NCBI GenBank assembly: GCA_002189035.1
Contig: CM007989.1
Location: forward strand, 6,014,001 to 6,078,000
Direction: 5' to 3'
Source: Utricularia gibba
Taxonomy: Eukaryota > Plantae > Magnoliophyta
DNA: 64,000 bases
Shown: positions 62,501 to 64,000 of the stretch, piece by piece
How positions within the stretch are numbered: the first letter of the stretch is position 1
Layout: every line of letters begins with the position of its first letter
Notes under the pieces: model-generated
What the model was told of the DNA's origin: nothing
Seen by the model: only the letters and a program-made list of their open reading frames with translations
Databases searched by the model: none
Translations under genes and position numbers: made by a program

Positions 62501-63700
62501 TGAAGATTCTAAACTTGGAAACCATCTCAGCTTGGGATTTCATGAAGTAGACCCAAGAAAATTTGGTATAGTTATCAATGAATAACACAAAGTATTGATT
62601 TCCTCTTCTTGTTTTAGGCTTTATCAGTCTGCACACATCAGAGTGGATTATCTGCAACGAAGTAGAGGCGATCCAACAACTTCTTTGAAATGGTAAGCTG
62701 CTCATTTTTCCAAGTTTGCACACTTCAGAACACTCATTTACAATAGTCACATCATTCATACCGCTCATTAGATTTCCCTTATGCGATTTCAGCACACTTG
62801 CTTGGTTTTGATGTTCAAATCTACGGAGCCACAACAACACATTTTCCTTTGATAGGGATTCTTGAGTAATATTGACACTGATGCTTCCCTTTTTGTCCAG
62901 TCATTTGTTTGTGCACTTGTGCCACTACCTCTTTCTTCAAATTGCACACTCTCTCCATGTGTCCCTTTTGGTTGCAGAATGCACAAGTGCCTGATGGAAT
63001 CCCAACATTTTTCTAAAGTATGAGAGTTGGTGATTTTGCAATAGTAGCATGCAAGGAGATCATTTTGAGTGTTGGATGCTGTTGTGGTAGTCTTGAGAGC
63101 TGGAGGCTTGTAGATGGTTTTATTCTTGTGGTCAGTCTTGGCTTTTCCAAAAGATACTATGGTAGCAAAGGTCCTTTACTCATGTTTTACAGGTTTGATA
63201 TGAAGTTCAATTTGTTCCAAATTATCCAAAAGTTCCATATGATTGAATTTTCAAATGCACACAGTGGCCACCAAGGAGGCTATAATTGAGTTGTATGAGG
63301 CAGGCAAAGCATTGAGTGTGATGTCTTTGAGACATTTCTTATTAGATATTGCACCCACTAGTCTTAGTTTCCTATCTGCAACTTTGATAGTATTTATTAG
63401 ACAGTTAAAGGACTCACCTGGATTCAGTCTCAAAGTTACCAAGACTCTTCATTGATAGGCTATTTGAGCAGCCTTCGTTTTGGCATTGTCTAGGTGTGCC
63501 TTCTCTAGTTGCTCCCAAGCTTCCTTGGAATTATTGCATTTCAGAATTGCAATGAGAAATTTTTTTAAGAGCATAATTGCAAAAACTTTTATTTGTAGAA
63601 TTTGTGGGAGGAGACTTATACAACGAAGAAGATTACGAAATTCAAATATCAATTAATGCAATTATCGAAGGCAAGGACGCATTAGTAGATAGCAAACTTA
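59469..63700 (-). mobile_element. Ty1/Copia gag-pol internal region, degraded (gag 63650-63250, integrase ~62840-62100, RT ~61279-60400, RNase H 60371-59802)
   Basis: SKEAWEQLE..; IIHSDVC..YFVLFIDNYTKFSWVYFMK; WTLV..VKWI...HLDIKSSFLNG.LDEEIYVEQP..KALYGLKQAP.AWY; YCDSDYAG..STS.Y..KQSMVAQSSSVAEYMA..TKHIQIKFY..QLTDILTK. Confidence 0.93.
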
Positions 63701-64000
63701 TGTTCGTTAAAACAAAGATCGCAAAACAAACTTGTCTATTCCTTCTAGAATCTGGAAGATCCCGCAACTTCTTGTAAGAAAAGATGCTATTTGAGAACCT
63801 TATTAGATGTAACTCTAAAAAAGAAAGTATGTACAATCGTGGCTCATAGTAAATATAATAGTTTCAAGAGAGTTTGTAAGAATACAAAACTTAGTATCAA
63901 TGATTTTCCTATATGTAAACATTACATGTGTTCTTTTTGGCAACTTCAATGGAATTTTGGGGTATGATTGTTTCAAAACAATCAAACCTATAACTTAAGA

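Noticed and set aside
1-64000. CRISPR arrays or prokaryotic operons
   Set aside because: The window is eukaryotic nuclear DNA; no regularly spaced repeat-spacer array was seen.

Overview
Plant (angiosperm, probably eudicot) nuclear DNA, AT-rich and TE-dense. Four apparently intact protein genes were reconstructed with GT-AG splice sites: a plant cysteine oxidase (PCO4/5-like, minus), a single-exon DUF641/GIL1-IRKI-like gene (plus), SNAPc subunit SNAP43/SNAPC1 (minus) and a CUC2-type NAC factor with a miR164 site (plus). Between them lie decayed Copia and Gypsy elements, solo LTRs (two with perfect and one with a near-perfect TSD), a hAT element with TIRs and an 8-bp TSD, and MITEs. The stand-out is a ~3.8-kb collage at 39.4-43.2 kb. 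It joins at least eight pieces: plastid psbA-trnH spacer, trnH, rps19, rpl2, trnI-GAU and two ycf2 pieces, plus mitochondrial nad6 and trnI-CAU. The collage is bracketed by a 210-bp inverted repeat and contains a stop-free 589-codon chimeric frame fusing plastid ycf2 to mitochondrial nad6. Family assignments come from motif recognition from memory; no database searches were run.
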